The notes: generated from the letters alone by a model not told the origin. A DNA stretch of 62,962 nucleotides, filler included, from Asterionella formosa (GCA_002256025.1; 25 parts of 25 records of this genome joined end to end with filler, not necessarily neighbours in it), one strand, 5' to 3'; positions 23,198-35,868 are shown, numbered from the whole stretch's first letter. Numbers and translations are program-made.

Positions 23198-25276
23198 TTT
23201 TGAATATTAACTGATACGTTAAATCTGTGTAGATAGAAAATTTTATTCTCAAGAAATTATGTGACAAATAACTGCAAGAAATGGGATAGTAAACTTATCT
23301 TCAAGCAGGCCGAACCAAACGGTCGATTCCAAAAAATAATAAGCAAATCAGAATCTATTTGAAAATCGAAAACGCCGCCGATGGGTCAAATTGTTTAGAA
23401 ATGCTTTGATATACCCCGGTATCATAGAACCATATGAAAGAACATTGTTTACCAGATACCAAGCAAATAATAAGTGGGGCAGTAATACGGTACACAAGCC
23501 GGTACCTGGTACCCTCCAGGTACCTGTAATCATCATACCAGTTGATCACGATGGCAAAATGTTTCAAAAAAATTCCAATTTCAAATGCGGAATTCATTTC
23601 AAGTTTGCAGCTCATGTAGTAGCGATTTCTTTATACAAATATTTTATTGTATGTGTCAATTTATCTACCGTATGTATTATTGTGTTTGCATGTGTTTATT
23701 ATGTATGTATTGACAGGAACTAATTTGGATCCATGATCAGATCGTTTACTTCTTGCTTGCTGCAACAAGCCACAATGCTCTAGTTCTGAATACGCATGTA
23801 GAATCAATGCCTCCCACATCCCCGAGGACGAGTTGCTAAGAATTTTGGACAAAATTCTGAACCAATCCTCAGAAATTCTTTCACGAGAGGTTTAGCTTCT
23901 CAGCTGAGGGCACCATGAGGCTCCCTTGGTGTTTTTGACCAAATCCTTCACAACGAAAAACTTCTGCTCCAATTAGCTAGAAAGGCATCAATTGCATCCT
24001 TTTTGAGAGTCCTCTGCTGCCAAAAAGGAGCCATCAATTGTTTTATCAGAACAGCAAAAAGCTGAGGCATTTCTCCTCTCCAACCAATCAATGGGCAGGA
24101 TCATGGCCTGATCCCACTAATATTTTCAGATCAACACAATCATATTTTGACAGTCTAAAAGGATCCCCCTTATTGAACTATGTGAGTGCATGGCTATTTG
24201 CATTTACATTGTATGGTGCTTTTTTCACACTGCNNNNNNNNNNNNNNNNNNNNNNNNNNNNNNNNNNNNNNNNNNNNNNNNNNNNNNNNNNNNNNNNNNN
24301 NNNNNNNNNNNNNNNNNNNNNNNNNNNNNNNNNNNNNNNNNNNNNNNNNNNNNNNNNNNNNNNNNNNNNNNNNNNNNNNNNNNNNNNNNNNNNNNNNNNN
24401 NNNNNNNNNNNNNNNNNNNNNNNNNNNTTTCATCATCCACATCGCCTCTCTTAAGGTTTTGCAATATATAATCAAGCATCATCTGCCACGTTCAGCATTT
24501 AGTTCCAGTTTCTTGTGCTTCTTGTTGAGAAATGGCAGTGGCAAAAATGACACATCATGGTTCATAAGTTTGCAGAAATTTTCTGTTCATGTCATTTTAT
24601 CATTTTCGAACTTTCTTTTTGTATCTATAAGCTTGCTGCATATATTTCATATATAGTTAGGAAGCTTATAGAAAAGTGAAAACGAGACTTATTGGGCCAC
24701 TCAGTCCCTGGAGAAATTACTCTAAGCGCAGCAACTGTTTCCAGACAGATGGAATCAGTGAATATCAGGTAGGATGAGTAAAAATGCACTGTTACGGTCA
24801 TACCAGGTGTACCACAGCATGTCCTAATCAACAATAGTCAAGTATCTGCCTACTATAGCCTACATATAAGTCTAGAACTTATCCAATGCAAGCCTACAAA
24901 TAGTCTACATGAAAATCCCAATAGTCTACTTAATTTTGGTTGCTTTTACTCCCTCTGACCAGAACGAGTTGCAGGAATTCTCGATTATCTAGAGAAAAGA
25001 AGGTTTTAGCTGTCTTCGAATTGTAAATCCTCACCTTCTGATACTAATAGGAATACAATTTACGACACGATTGATTACGAACTTCGTTTCATTTATGTCA
25101 TTTGGAATGCGCATGCATAATTGTTTTGCATGTATTCTTTTTGCGTCCAGGAATAGGCACATGAATGAAGTCGGCAATCGAATTAGCTGCAAATGGCGAA
25201 TCTTTCAGTAGATTCAAACAATCGTTAATCTCAAGAAATACCAAGCAGTTTTCCCATCTTGAGATTTGTCGACGAG

Positions 25277-27133
25277 CTATGGTCGCAACTTCACCCAATC
25301 AAAAAATTCTTTCTGTGTCACATTGTATTGCAGATCAGGGGATGTATTGAAGAGTTCCAAAAACGATATTAGTTTGCGACCCTCGTCAATGACTACAGAC
25401 TTCACTTCCCCGTTTGCCTCCCATTCTTTAAGTTTTCGACAGTACCACCGTTTCCATGGTACAAGTGATTGAAAGATATCAGGAACCCTAGACACTTGTC
25501 GGCCCAGCGTTCCAATCGTCCTGCCCACAGGACCAAAGCTTTCCAAGAGACCCCAAAGACTGCCAGTTGCCAGCGATAATGAGAGGCGATACAAGAGATA
25601 TCCATGAGACGGATATGCATGAATAGAGCGCGCCATGTCTTGGACGGTTAGATCGTTCACAATTGCAACGCCCACTTCGTTTGCCAACTCTGCAGCTGAA
25701 GGACCACATGCCGTCAATCCCAGGATGCGACCTGTTGTTTTAGTGGCTCGTAGCTCAACAAAGGTAATATTGGTATTACGCTCCAGTTGGTCCATGTCAC
25801 CACGATCGGTGCCCTGTTCCGAAACCGACAGACAAGCAAATCCTTTACTTCCATATTTTCTTATACACTCTACTTTACTCAAGCCCACGGATGCCATTTC
25901 CGGATCGGAAAATATTACACTCGGAACTGAGGCGTGTACCGACTTCGCTCCCACTCTCAAAATCCAAGGTACCGCAATATTCCTAGCAGCATGATAACCA
26001 GTCCAGGCAGCGTGTGCAGCAGTCCTGGCTTTACCTTTCACAGCGGAACAACAATCGCCGCAAGCATAAACATGTGTGTTGGAAATCGACTGAAGTGTGC
26101 TGTGATGAACAAGGATTCCATCATCTTGCGTCCAATCAACTCCAGCCATGTCCAGATCTAAATTTGCAATGGATGGATTTCGTCCAAGGCACAAGACTAG
26201 TGCATCAACAGGTAATGTGGACTTATCATCGAGCTCGACCATCCCGTCAGCTGTAACTCCCATTATTCGTTTTCCAAGCTGAAGCTTAGCTCCATCGTCG
26301 GTCAATAGTTGCATGGCAGCTTGTTGAAGACTCACATCTTCCGAAAGCAATAGACCTGGTGCAATAATCGTAATATTCCAATCCTTTCCGCCCAGTCTCG
26401 CCAAAGCTTGTCCCAGCTCGCAGGCAGTTGGCCCGCCTCCGGCAATTACGATCTGTGATATTCTCTCGTTGTCGTCGAGGAGGTTCCAAATGGATGGCTT
26501 CGACGAATCTTTTTCTGGATATAAAATAGTGCGATAGGTGAAGATAGGAACGTTGGCGACTTTCGCCTGGGTGACGACGCTTTCAGGCAGTATTGGAGAC
26601 GCTCCAGTTGCAATTAGAAATTTCTTGCTTCGTATTCTAAGAGTTTCAGTCTCGTTTCTGGGTTGAATGTCCATCTCTTGGTTGGAAGTAAAGCGGCAGT
26701 CTTTACAGAGCAGCAAGTCGAGATTCTTATATGCAGCCATGGCGACAGGGTCTTCTCGCTTTCGAACGGCGGAGACAGTGTCGGCGGCATGTTGTCGCGC
26801 TCGTCGGAGCCAATCCTTTCCATGATCATGATTCCGTCGATCCACTTCAAAGTCCCGAATCGGAACGCTATTTCGTCGCATTCGTGCCACCGATCGCACA
26901 GCCTTGCTCGGAACACATGCAGCATTGGTGCAATCCCCTCCCAGGTGTTCTTGTGTGTCTAGAAGTAGGACTCTCTGTCCCAAGGACGATGCGACGCCAG
27001 AGGCAAACAGCCCCGACGCTCCGGAGCCGACGATCACCAAATCATACTCAAGTCGACGTGGTAGCGACAGAGAGGATGCAAAGGGAACTAGCTGAAGGAT
27101 GAATAATAAAATGGCGATCCATGATGAGGCCAT
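25277..27133 (-). CDS. Class I pyridine nucleotide-disulfide oxidoreductase (dihydrolipoamide dehydrogenase/mercuric reductase family)
   Basis: GSGASG FAD motif, GGDCTNAACVPSK redox disulfide, ATGA, GGGPTACE, GR.P, GD, C-terminal IHAYPS; N-terminal signal peptide. Confidence 0.88.
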   Translation of the reverse strand: MASSWIAILLFILQLVPFASSLSLPRRLEYDLVIVGSGASGLFASGVASSLGQRVLLLDTQEHLGGDCTNAACVPSKAVRSVARMRRNSVPIRDFEVDRRNHDHGKDWLRRARQHAADTVSAVRKREDPVAMAAYKNLDLLLCKDCRFTSNQEMDIQPRNETETLRIRSKKFLIATGASPILPESVVTQAKVANVPIFTYRTILYPEKDSSKPSIWNLLDDNERISQIVIAGGGPTACELGQALARLGGKDWNITIIAPGLLLSEDVSLQQAAMQLLTDDGAKLQLGKRIMGVTADGMVELDDKSTLPVDALVLCLGRNPSIANLDLDMAGVDWTQDDGILVHHSTLQSISNTHVYACGDCCSAVKGKARTAAHAAWTGYHAARNIAVPWILRVGAKSVHASVPSVIFSDPEMASVGLSKVECIRKYGSKGFACLSVSEQGTDRGDMDQLERNTNITFVELRATKTTGRILGLTACGPSAAELANEVGVAIVNDLTVQDMARSIHAYPSHGYLLYRLSLSLATGSLWGLLESFGPVGRTIGTLGRQVSRVPDIFQSLVPWKRWYCRKLKEWEANGEVKSVVIDEGRKLISFLELFNTSPDLQYNVTQKEFFDWVKLRP

Positions 27134-27310
27134 TGTTAAATTCGACTTCGACTACCGGTACCGGTACTAGCTCTACCATTTAGAGTTGGGGCTGTTCTCC
27201 AAAAAAGCCAACAAGGATCGAATGATGCGATTGTCTCATCGAATAAAAATATTTTCATTTACTGGAAACAAACATAAATGTGTACCGTACCGGTAGTTGG
27301 GAAATGCCTA

Positions 27311-27432
27311 CCCCGGAAAATACACTATTACAACGAGGTCAGCCAGCTTGATGTCCTAACGACCTTCACCACCCAGGAAAATGCACTATTACAACAAGGC
27401 CAGCCAGCTTGATATCATAACAACCTTCACCA
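27311..27432 (+). repeat. 61-bp tandem duplication, 2 diverged copies
   Basis: ccc(c/a)ggaaaat(a/g)cactattacaac(g/a)agg..cagccagcttgat..c.taac(g/a)accttcacca twice. Confidence 0.9.
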
Positions 27433-27965
27433 GTATCTACTAGAGTTTTGATGGTCCAAAGCATAAATTTAGAAACTATAAAATAAGTCTACCCCTACTG
27501 TTTTGTATCATAGCTTGTATAAATATACTCAACTCCACCATTATTCACACTGTCTCTTGCATGAGTTGATTATTATTGCCAATTGATGCAAGCAAGAAGG
27601 GTCATGATGCAAAATCCACAAAAGTGCAGTCTGGTGGACCATGCTGAGATTCTCTGTGGATTGTTGCTGGTTCTGCCTGCAAGGTAGGGAGCATGTTTGA
27701 AAAGGTTTTACAGCTGGAATATCACTTCTCCAAAATCCAAATGATAACAAGAACTGCCATGGTTTCATGCAACACTAATTTAATTTTTGTTTCTGTTAAT
27801 CCTCTTGAAAAACAAGCCAACAAAAAATGATGATAAAACAACAGGTCGACTACTTGATTGTTTGATTTATAAAGTAAGACCATATTGCAATGGCCATTCC
27901 CCTCTTTAACTCTCATATAAATAAAGCTCGTCTTCTCCAAGCAGCAGTATGGAAAAATGTTGACC

Positions 27966-28949
27966 TTACTGTCCCTCTGATGAGCCAGTGCCACCAGTAC
28001 TATTCCCACCACCACCCATGCCCACAACTGGTATGATTCCAAGACCACCTCCAGATGGCACTCTACTAGCGATCTCACCAATCATTCGTTCTGGTGGCTG
28101 TCCTTGCAGCCAAACTGTCCCAGGGCCTTTCAACGTAGTCAAGAATAGTCCTTCTCCTGAAAAGAGAGAATTCTGAATGCCCTTCATAAATTGAACGTCA
28201 TAGTCAACACCTTGAGAAAAGCCTACCAAGCTTCCTGAAGATATTCTCAACTCTTCCCCTGGCTCCAAATCTCTACGAATCAGGGTTCCTCCAGCCTTGA
28301 CAAAGACATCACCAAATCCAGTGAGAGACTGCAAGATGAATCCTTCCCCCCCAAAGAAGCCCGCAGTGATGGTCTTTGTAAATTCCATTTGAATATCAAT
28401 TGTATGAGATGCACAAAGCAACGCTCCCTTCTGACAAATAATCTTGCCTCCGTAGTCATTGACATTTAATCTCAGAATCTTGGACGGAAACGACGTTCCC
28501 AACGCCACTTGCCCCTGGGTCGGTCCATCGTAAGAATAGTCCGAAATGAAGACGTTTTGACCAGTCAGCATGCGCTGAAATCCAGCTGAGAGACCTCCGC
28601 CGGTCGTTGTGTTCATGTTTATTCCGTCCGTCATGTACATCATGGCCCCACTTTCGGCTCGTAGAATCTGTCCAGGTTCGAGGGTGACAATGACAATTTG
28701 CGATTCATTGCCTTCAATTTTGGCAGCGACATCGAAATCAATGGGCTTTCCAACAACTCCGTCGGAACTAGTTGTGGCTTGTGGAGAACGATCTATCTGC
28801 GAAACCATATCCGAAGCTGACGACTGAGATGACGTGTGGCGCCTAGCACTGGACGAGACAGTCGCGATTACGGAAAGGTCTCGTGGAACGCAGCGCCTAT
28901 TCATTGCGGCGAGAAGCAACATCCTTCTGGCAAGCACCAAGGAAGTCAT
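27966..28949 (-). CDS. AIM24: AIM24 family (TRAP-like) mitochondrial protein
   Basis: LEPGQILRAESGAMMYM, CQKGALLC, GFFGGEGFILQ, LFSGEGLFLTTLKGPGTVWLQ; Arg/Ser-rich presequence; the 3' end could include an undetected intron. Confidence 0.88.
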   Translation of the reverse strand: MTSLVLARRMLLLAAMNRRCVPRDLSVIATVSSSARRHTSSQSSASDMVSQIDRSPQATTSSDGVVGKPIDFDVAAKIEGNESQIVIVTLEPGQILRAESGAMMYMTDGINMNTTTGGGLSAGFQRMLTGQNVFISDYSYDGPTQGQVALGTSFPSKILRLNVNDYGGKIICQKGALLCASHTIDIQMEFTKTITAGFFGGEGFILQSLTGFGDVFVKAGGTLIRRDLEPGEELRISSGSLVGFSQGVDYDVQFMKGIQNSLFSGEGLFLTTLKGPGTVWLQGQPPERMIGEIASRVPSGGGLGIIPVVGMGGGGNSTGGTGSSEGQ

Positions 28950-29617
28950 GATGGAGAATGCGGGATGTTATGACAACGGTGAGATGCAAGTGTGCCCAGT
29001 GGGTTGTTCTCTCTAATGGAATCGCAAGAAGTAATCGATCGTTGTCGGGCGTCTGACCAGTGTTGGCCGGTATAGCAGTGCCGGTAATAGCTATACAAAG
29101 TACATACCGGTATATGTGTCATTTTATGTATTGCTAACAGCGCATACAAGTCATATTATCCTATGTACTTGCTATATTTTTGTTTCACGTCGCTGTTTCA
29201 GAATCTCGACAGGAGGTTGCTATTAATGTCGATCATAAATTAATTAAGTTACTGGTGTGTATTAGTTATAGGTCGTCCTAGAAAAAGAGATGTAAATAAT
29301 GTAGAAAAGACATACCCTATATCCATACCGTGCTATATATTTATTTCTGTTATCATGATATTTGCACATATCATCAGCTACATCATTTGGTGATGGACAC
29401 ACCGGGGCGGGCGGACATTCCGATACACCGGTATGGATGTCCATCAAGTATGACCTGGTACCAGGCAACAGGATAGGTAGTACCTGGTACCAGTTACCTG
29501 GCACCGCCATTAATTTTCGCATCGGCGTCACTGTATTTGGCACTTGGCATCCTCATCTGTGGACCTCGATCGCCATGCAATAATTCGCACGTCCTTCTTT
29601 GCTTCCATCACTCCTAA

Positions 29618-31030
29618 ATGAGAGGACTCACTAGATTCTCTGTGGACGGCTCACGCCTCCAGGATGTTCCTCTCGATCCCGAAGACGGCGACGACGATGA
29701 CGGCGCTGATGGGCGACAAGAAACTGTGCGTCGATCCTTCGCCGTGCATGCAAGTGCCCCAGTGATGACGATGGACGACGACGATGGGGCTTCGATGGTA
29801 TCGTCGATCGCATCTATTGCAGTTTATTCCATGCGAGGATCGCTCTCGTACACCCTAGAACACTGGAAGATTATTGCTTTTGGACAGGCCCTTTCATTAG
29901 TTTTGGCATGCAACGGGGCGTCACAAGCGACGTTGCATTTCGAGTGCTCCTTGTCTGCACCAGCCTTTACAATGGCGCTCTATTATTTTGTGCTGTCCTT
30001 GTTTTTAATACCGCTCTATATGAAAGGATGCAGCTTAAGAGCCACAACAACCTATCGGATTGCGGATGCAGCCATGTCCGCTGAGGGACCACCAGAACAT
30101 CAACATACATTTACTGCTCCATATTGGTTTCTAGGGAGAATACCGCTGTATGCGCCCGCTTGGGTATATTTAGGAATTGCATTCTTGGATTTTGAGGCTA
30201 ATTACTTCACAGTGTTGGCCTTTCGTTACACAACACTGACATCAGTAACACTTTTTGATGCACTTGCCGTTCCAAGTTCCATGGTCTTTTCGGCGCTGTT
30301 TTTGCAACGAAAATTTACCAGCATGCATCTCGTAGGGGTGGGTTCCTGCATGTTGGGCATCCTTTACAACGTATTGGCGGATTATGAACTGCAAGGGGAC
30401 GACCAGGATTTCCCCAACAGGCTGTTGGGTGACATACTTGCCATTACGGGGGGTATCATGTTTGGGCTCACGGACGTTTTGGCGGAAAAGTCAGTATGTC
30501 ATTTTGGTGGACCTGCAGAATTTCTCGGTATGCTGGGATTCTTTGCTACCCTAATTTCAATTATACATGCTGCTATATTTGAACGTGCTGAGATCACTGA
30601 ATTCTTCCAAGGTTTTGAAAATGGTACTGGCGATAATTGTTCTGTTGGAGCCGGCATCCTTTTGACATTGGCCTTTGTCGCAGGCAGTTCTCTTAGCTAC
30701 ATTGGAAGTTCCCATTTCCTGGTGGTCTCGGAAGCAACTCTACTTAATCTTTCCTATTTGACAGGAGATGCATGGGCGGTGTTGTTTTCCATAGTAGCAC
30801 AAGGAATTGTCCCATCAGCTCTCTTTTGGGTGGCTCTTGTCATGACCGTGAGTGGTGTCATCATTTATGAAATGGGGCCCACTTCTTTTGCGGGCGATTT
30901 GGGACACGATCAACAGCTTGAAAACAACAAATCGATAGGGCCAGGAAGGAGAAATTCAACATCTCACAAGCCAGTGATAGTAGAGATGACCAATGTGTCG
31001 AAATCAGTAAGCACGAGGAGTATCGTATGA
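29618..31030 (+). CDS. SLC35F1/F2-like DMT-superfamily transporter
   Basis: GQALSL, DFEANYFTVLAFRYTTLTSVTLFD, GD.L...G...G, NLSYLTGDAW; about 10 hydrophobic segments. Confidence 0.88.
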   Translation: MRGLTRFSVDGSRLQDVPLDPEDGDDDDGADGRQETVRRSFAVHASAPVMTMDDDDGASMVSSIASIAVYSMRGSLSYTLEHWKIIAFGQALSLVLACNGASQATLHFECSLSAPAFTMALYYFVLSLFLIPLYMKGCSLRATTTYRIADAAMSAEGPPEHQHTFTAPYWFLGRIPLYAPAWVYLGIAFLDFEANYFTVLAFRYTTLTSVTLFDALAVPSSMVFSALFLQRKFTSMHLVGVGSCMLGILYNVLADYELQGDDQDFPNRLLGDILAITGGIMFGLTDVLAEKSVCHFGGPAEFLGMLGFFATLISIIHAAIFERAEITEFFQGFENGTGDNCSVGAGILLTLAFVAGSSLSYIGSSHFLVVSEATLLNLSYLTGDAWAVLFSIVAQGIVPSALFWVALVMTVSGVIIYEMGPTSFAGDLGHDQQLENNKSIGPGRRNSTSHKPVIVEMTNVSKSVSTRSIV

Positions 31031-31173
31031 GGAAATGGTTCAAGGGAGTTTTAGGAGTTACACCATGTAACAANNNNNNNNNNNNNNNNNNNNNNNNNNN
31101 NNNNNNNNNNNNNNNNNTTAATTAATTAANNNNNNNNNNNNNNNNNNNNNNNNNNNNNNNNNNNNNNNNNNNN

Positions 31174-32672
31174 AATCTGCTCTTTGACATTCTTCGTCAA
31201 AATGTCTGCTGGATTGTTTTCTGATCTTAGAAAAACAATATGCAGCTCACCCTCATCTATCATGTTCTTGACATGATGAAACTTAATATCAATGTGTTTT
31301 GTTCTTGTTCCAAGTTGTTGATTCTTCGCTGTGAATATTGCACCTGTATTATCCTCACGTAAAATGCTTGGTAGGATATTTTTGCCACCTGTCACTTCGT
31401 TGAGTAACATTGCAATAAATTTAATCTCTTGAGCACATTGCGACATTGCAACGTATTCTGCTTCTGTGCTTGATAGCGTAACGGATGACTGGCCCTTTGA
31501 TTGCCAACTGATCAACGCACCACCAATGGTAACCAGAAAACCCGTAGTACTTTTCCGGCTTACCTTATTAGCAGCCCAGTCACTATCAACATAAGCAATA
31601 ACCCGTAATTCCTTAGGTTTTCGAATCTTGAGAACTCTGTCCAATTTGCTTGATAAGAATCCAACAACTCGTGAAATTCCATCCCAGTGTTCTTCGCCTG
31701 GACAGCTTAAATACGAAGATAATTCACGTACTGCATTGGCACAGTCCGGGGAATCTTTCTTAGTAGACCATAATAGTTTCCCAACAATCTTGCGATATTC
31801 CGCCTCCATAATAGTTTCTCCATTATTGGCTCCTAATGTTTTTCCTGGTGCTCCTGGTGTCGCATAAGACTTTATCTTCTTACCAGTAAGCATCTCATAT
31901 TCCAGTAGCATTTCAGTACGAAATTTCTTCAGTGGTACTTCCCAGTATTCTCCAAATTTGTCATGCCTGCGCATATATTCCACACCTAAGTGTTTTCGTA
32001 GGGGACCTTGTTCCGTGATATTAAAATCCTCCTTGATCATATTTTTCATATAGTCGACTGCATTCCTGGTACCACAAATAATTCCATCATCCACGTAGTT
32101 TGCCAACAGCCCTTCAATTTGTCCATCGTTGTTACGGTAGATAAACAACATTGGGTCTATTTCGCTTTTCGTTATACCTGTCTTGCTGGTGACGCACTTC
32201 GCGAATGTCTTGGACCAGCATCTTGGAGCTTGTACAATTCCATACATAGCCTTAATTAATTTGCAGATATGTATATTCTGATCGATCCCTGTCAATCCTT
32301 CTGGGGGCTCAATATAAATGTCTTCGTCGACGTCAGCATTTAAAAACGCTGCTTCAACATCGATTGCTTCCGCTATCCAACCATAGTACAAAGTAACAGC
32401 CAGAACAGTTTTTATTGTAGCATCACTTGCAACAGGAGCGAATGTTTCAGTAAAATCAACTCCCGGGATCTGTTCATATCCCTTTACAACCAACCGTGCC
32501 TTGTATACTGTCTTTCCAGTTATCACGTCCTCCTTAATACGGAAGACCCATCTTGTCTTAAGAGCTCTCTTGTTCACGTCATTTCTCTTAACTATTTTCC
32601 ATACTCTTCTTGCTTGGAAGTTTTCAAATTCTTTCTTTATAGCTTTCATCCACTCTTTGCGATCAGGTCTTA
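31174..32672 (-). mobile_element. Ty1/Copia pol fragment (RT + RNase H), intact frame; family B
   Basis: KARLVVKGYEQIPGVDF, DVEAAFLN, YGIVQAPRCW, YVDD, DSDWA, SSTEAEY, EDN, KHIDIKFH, NPADILTK; the last ~107 bp overlap contig 47144. Confidence 0.96.
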
Positions 32673-32772
32673 NNNNNNNNNNNNNNNNNNNNNNNNNNNN
32701 NNNNNNNNNNNNNNNNTTAATTAATTAANNNNNNNNNNNNNNNNNNNNNNNNNNNNNNNNNNNNNNNNNNNN

Positions 32773-34270
32773 CCGCTTGACACCGTTAGACATTGTGATG
32801 AACGCGTCCTCTTTGTTGAGTGCTGTCGCATTCCGCCTATGATCGATAATGTCGTCAAGAAGTACGTGTCATTCGCCCTCCTCGTCAATCTGTCAAAACA
32901 AATTCTTAGCAAAAAGGTTAGAGGACAATGCCTCCGAGTGTCCGTCTATGAACTCGACCTCATACTCTCTCGTGTCAAGCAAAGGATTTTCGTGAGCCTT
33001 GCCGATAGGTCTACCATCAGCGTCGCGCAATCTCTTGGTGACTCTGCCAAATTGAACACCGTCCAAAGGATTTTCGTGAGCCTTGCCGATAGGTCTACCA
33101 TCGGCGTCGCGCAATCTCTTGGTGACTCTGCCAAATTGAACACCGTCATTGTCATCACCAACGCCCCTCGCTATCGCTATCTCTTTGTTGAGGTATGTAT
33201 CCTCGAAAATATCGGGCGTGAAAGTGTCATCGGCATTTGGTATTTGGTGATCGCTCACAACAATTTTTATCTCTTCGCCGAATACTGAATCGTCCTGCAG
33301 ATCCGAGTATTCCTCCCAATCCTGCAATTGTTGCTCCTCCTCGTCGCCTGCATTTTGGTGGTTGTCGTCACGCATGATTTCCTTTATCCTCTCATTGTAC
33401 TCCTTGCATCTGTCGTTGACCTCGCTAGTTGTCAGTTCAAGGTGATTGATATGCTGCACTGTAGTGCGTGAGATAACGCGACAAGCAATGGTTAGAATCC
33501 AATACGACAATAGGTTACCAACTCGGTGAGACACACCAAGCCAGCGCCCGAACATGTTTTCGCCAACCCCTGCATTATCCTTGTACCACACCCAATCGTA
33601 GAACCCGAAATCCAAGTATTCGGATATGTTGGGTGTCTCGCCTGTGATCTGCTCTATAGGAGTCCGACCTTCCAGCGCAAATGATGAGTTAGCAGTGAGA
33701 GACATTATTTCACACACCCACACAATTCCGTAATCCCACAAACGCTTCGGAACCCGACGCTTCATCATTTGTCGAAACCATCGCTTTTTCACTTCACGAA
33801 TGACTGACTCCGCTCGATTCTGTCGATGCTGTTTAGTTTCGCTCACGTGATGTTCAATCCCATACTTCCTTACGTTCTTAATGAATTCCGTTTCCGGTCC
33901 AGTCTGTTCCGACGCCCCGTCAGACGTGAGGTACTCAGGTGCTCCGTAATCATGAATGAATTGTCGGAGCGCCAGACCCGCGCCAGACTTCTTCTCCATC
34001 GGGTACGCTTTTACGAAATACGCTTCATTTGCAAAGATTTGAGCACATGTGTTGTTAGTCAGTGATTTGCATTTCCCGAAAATGGTTTCAGTGTGGAACC
34101 GTTGGTTCCGTAACTTCCGCTGGCCATACATCCTATCTGTTCGGTACCGCCTGCTCAATGGGAGTATTGCTGACCGAATGCCCTTCTGAGTGGTGACCTC
34201 TAGGGTCTGTTTCGCTGGAATCAGTCCGATATTCCACCTTTCGCTGAGTGTCTCTAATTCACTTGAGCAT
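32773..34270 (-). mobile_element. Diatom CoDi-like Copia integrase region, pseudogenised
   Basis: LSERWNIG..AKQTL..TTQKG.R, YPM, SDGASEQ, QNRAESVIREVKKRW, VPKRLWDYG, GRWLGVSHRVG, NPLLDTREYEVEF; in-frame TGA stops near 32893 and 32870. Confidence 0.9.
32980..33147. repeat. 84-bp in-frame tandem duplication inside Copia pol
   Basis: DGVQFGRVTKRLRDADGRPIGKAHENPL x2; one nucleotide mismatch. Confidence 0.95.
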
Positions 34271-34635
34271 NNNNNNNNNNNNNNNNNNNNNNNNNNNNNN
34301 NNNNNNNNNNNNNNTTAATTAATTAANNNNNNNNNNNNNNNNNNNNNNNNNNNNNNNNNNNNNNNNNNNNACCTGGTACCTGGTACCGGTACCAGGTACC
34401 TGGCATAGAATATGATGGTCTATGTGTCAATAAATAAATACCGTATCCTGTCAATATGTACCGGTGAACGGTAGAAAGATGTACCGGTATGTAAATGGCT
34501 GGTTGCAACCTGAAGATCAATATAGTAGGATACGTAGGCCTCAGTATAGATTTTCTTTTTCTTTTGCATCTAATAATTAAGAGTAAAAATTGTGACACAT
34601 ACAAAAATTGATGCAAATTCTTTGATATATATATA

Positions 34636-35868
34636 CCGTATACTGCCCTCCGCTCATTTCCCCTCAAAAGGTATGTAACATCGATCTGTTGTCGTCCTTC
34701 ATGTTTGTTGATTTTGCTGCTTGCTTCTTGTTTGCTTCGTTGCTCTGTTGTTTGCTATGTTAGATCGTTGACATAGGTTGCCTTGCAGAACGTTGTGTCG
34801 AAATCGCGAGCACAGCGGTGTGTTTTGAATTGTTTGACAAGCTTCTCAACACTGATGGGGTCCGCTTCATGTGTTGTTGTGTTAACTTCGGCGTCCATCC
34901 TGTCATGTTGTTGTTCGTCCAGATCTTTCCAAATCTTGAAGTATGCACATATATATTGTCTTGCTCGCCTTGAAAAATGTCTTATCCTTTTTGTTGTTAA
35001 CACTTTTTCTGTTGACATGCTCTCTCACACCACAGACCTGAATTCTCTTTACCCTTTTCCTCTTCAGAGAAACCCGACGGTAAAAATTTTCTTGGCGCAA
35101 CTCCAAGAATACTCGATTCCCTCTCCTGCAAGTTCACAGTGACATTTCGGCGTTCGGTCAACAAGTACTCCCATTTCCTTTCCCATTGACTGCAATAGTG
35201 TCTCCTCTTCCTCGAAATCAAGACAGTTTCCCTTCAGCGACTTCAAAGAAAAATCTTTCTGCACAAATCCAAATGCATCGTGCTTTCCATTCAACATGTA
35301 GTTCTCCAATCTCAATTCGTCAATAAATCCACGCTCCCAAAGTATCCGCAACAGACCGTTTGGTTTATTTTCCCATCCTTCGACAACTTTTGCTTTAGTC
35401 TCTTCAATTCTTGGTAAGTTGTGTTCTTGCGCCTTAGACTGTATTGCTTGCTTCTTACCCTTTGCTAACATTCCTCTTTGCCTTAGTTGTTTAAGGAGCT
35501 CATCCTTTGTGTATTGTCTTGTGATTGTTTGCCCTTCCAGTACCAAGTCATGGCGCTTTTGATCTCGTTCAGCTTCAGTCATCCAGAATGGTCCGGTGTC
35601 ATCTATTCTGAATAACATTGATTGCATTGATTGCGTTTTTTTCAGCTAAGGTAAGTGAGGTCCCAGGTAACCAGGTGTTTGCCATTTTCCTCAACCGTTT
35701 CTGGGCACCTCCATAGGACTTAGTCATTCATTCCACATTTAAGCCATCTTCTTTCTGACGGTCGTGCCCACAGGAGTGATCAAAAAGAAACAAGAAATCG
35801 AATTGAGGGTAGAGTACTTTGAGAACATCAATGCAATCTTCGAGCTGCAATACCATGTGTTGATAGGA
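34636..35868 (-). mobile_element. IS630/Tc1/mariner-superfamily DNA transposon, 3' half with a degenerate transposase and probable right end
   Basis: FLFDHSCGH (second D region), GL.RILWERG, TPKCHCELAGEGIEYSW, FSRRARQYICAY, KTHRCARDFD; one stop and frameshifts; probable terminus CCGTATAC abutting a (TA)n run at 34626-34635. Confidence 0.85.

Noticed and set aside
25277..27133. Mercuric reductase (merA) call
   Set aside because: No C-terminal Cys-Cys pair and no NmerA domain; only the family-level call is supported.
9206..31073. Numerous short antisense or overlapping ORFs in the ORF track
   Set aside because: They are shadow frames of well-supported genes, with no recognisable motifs.
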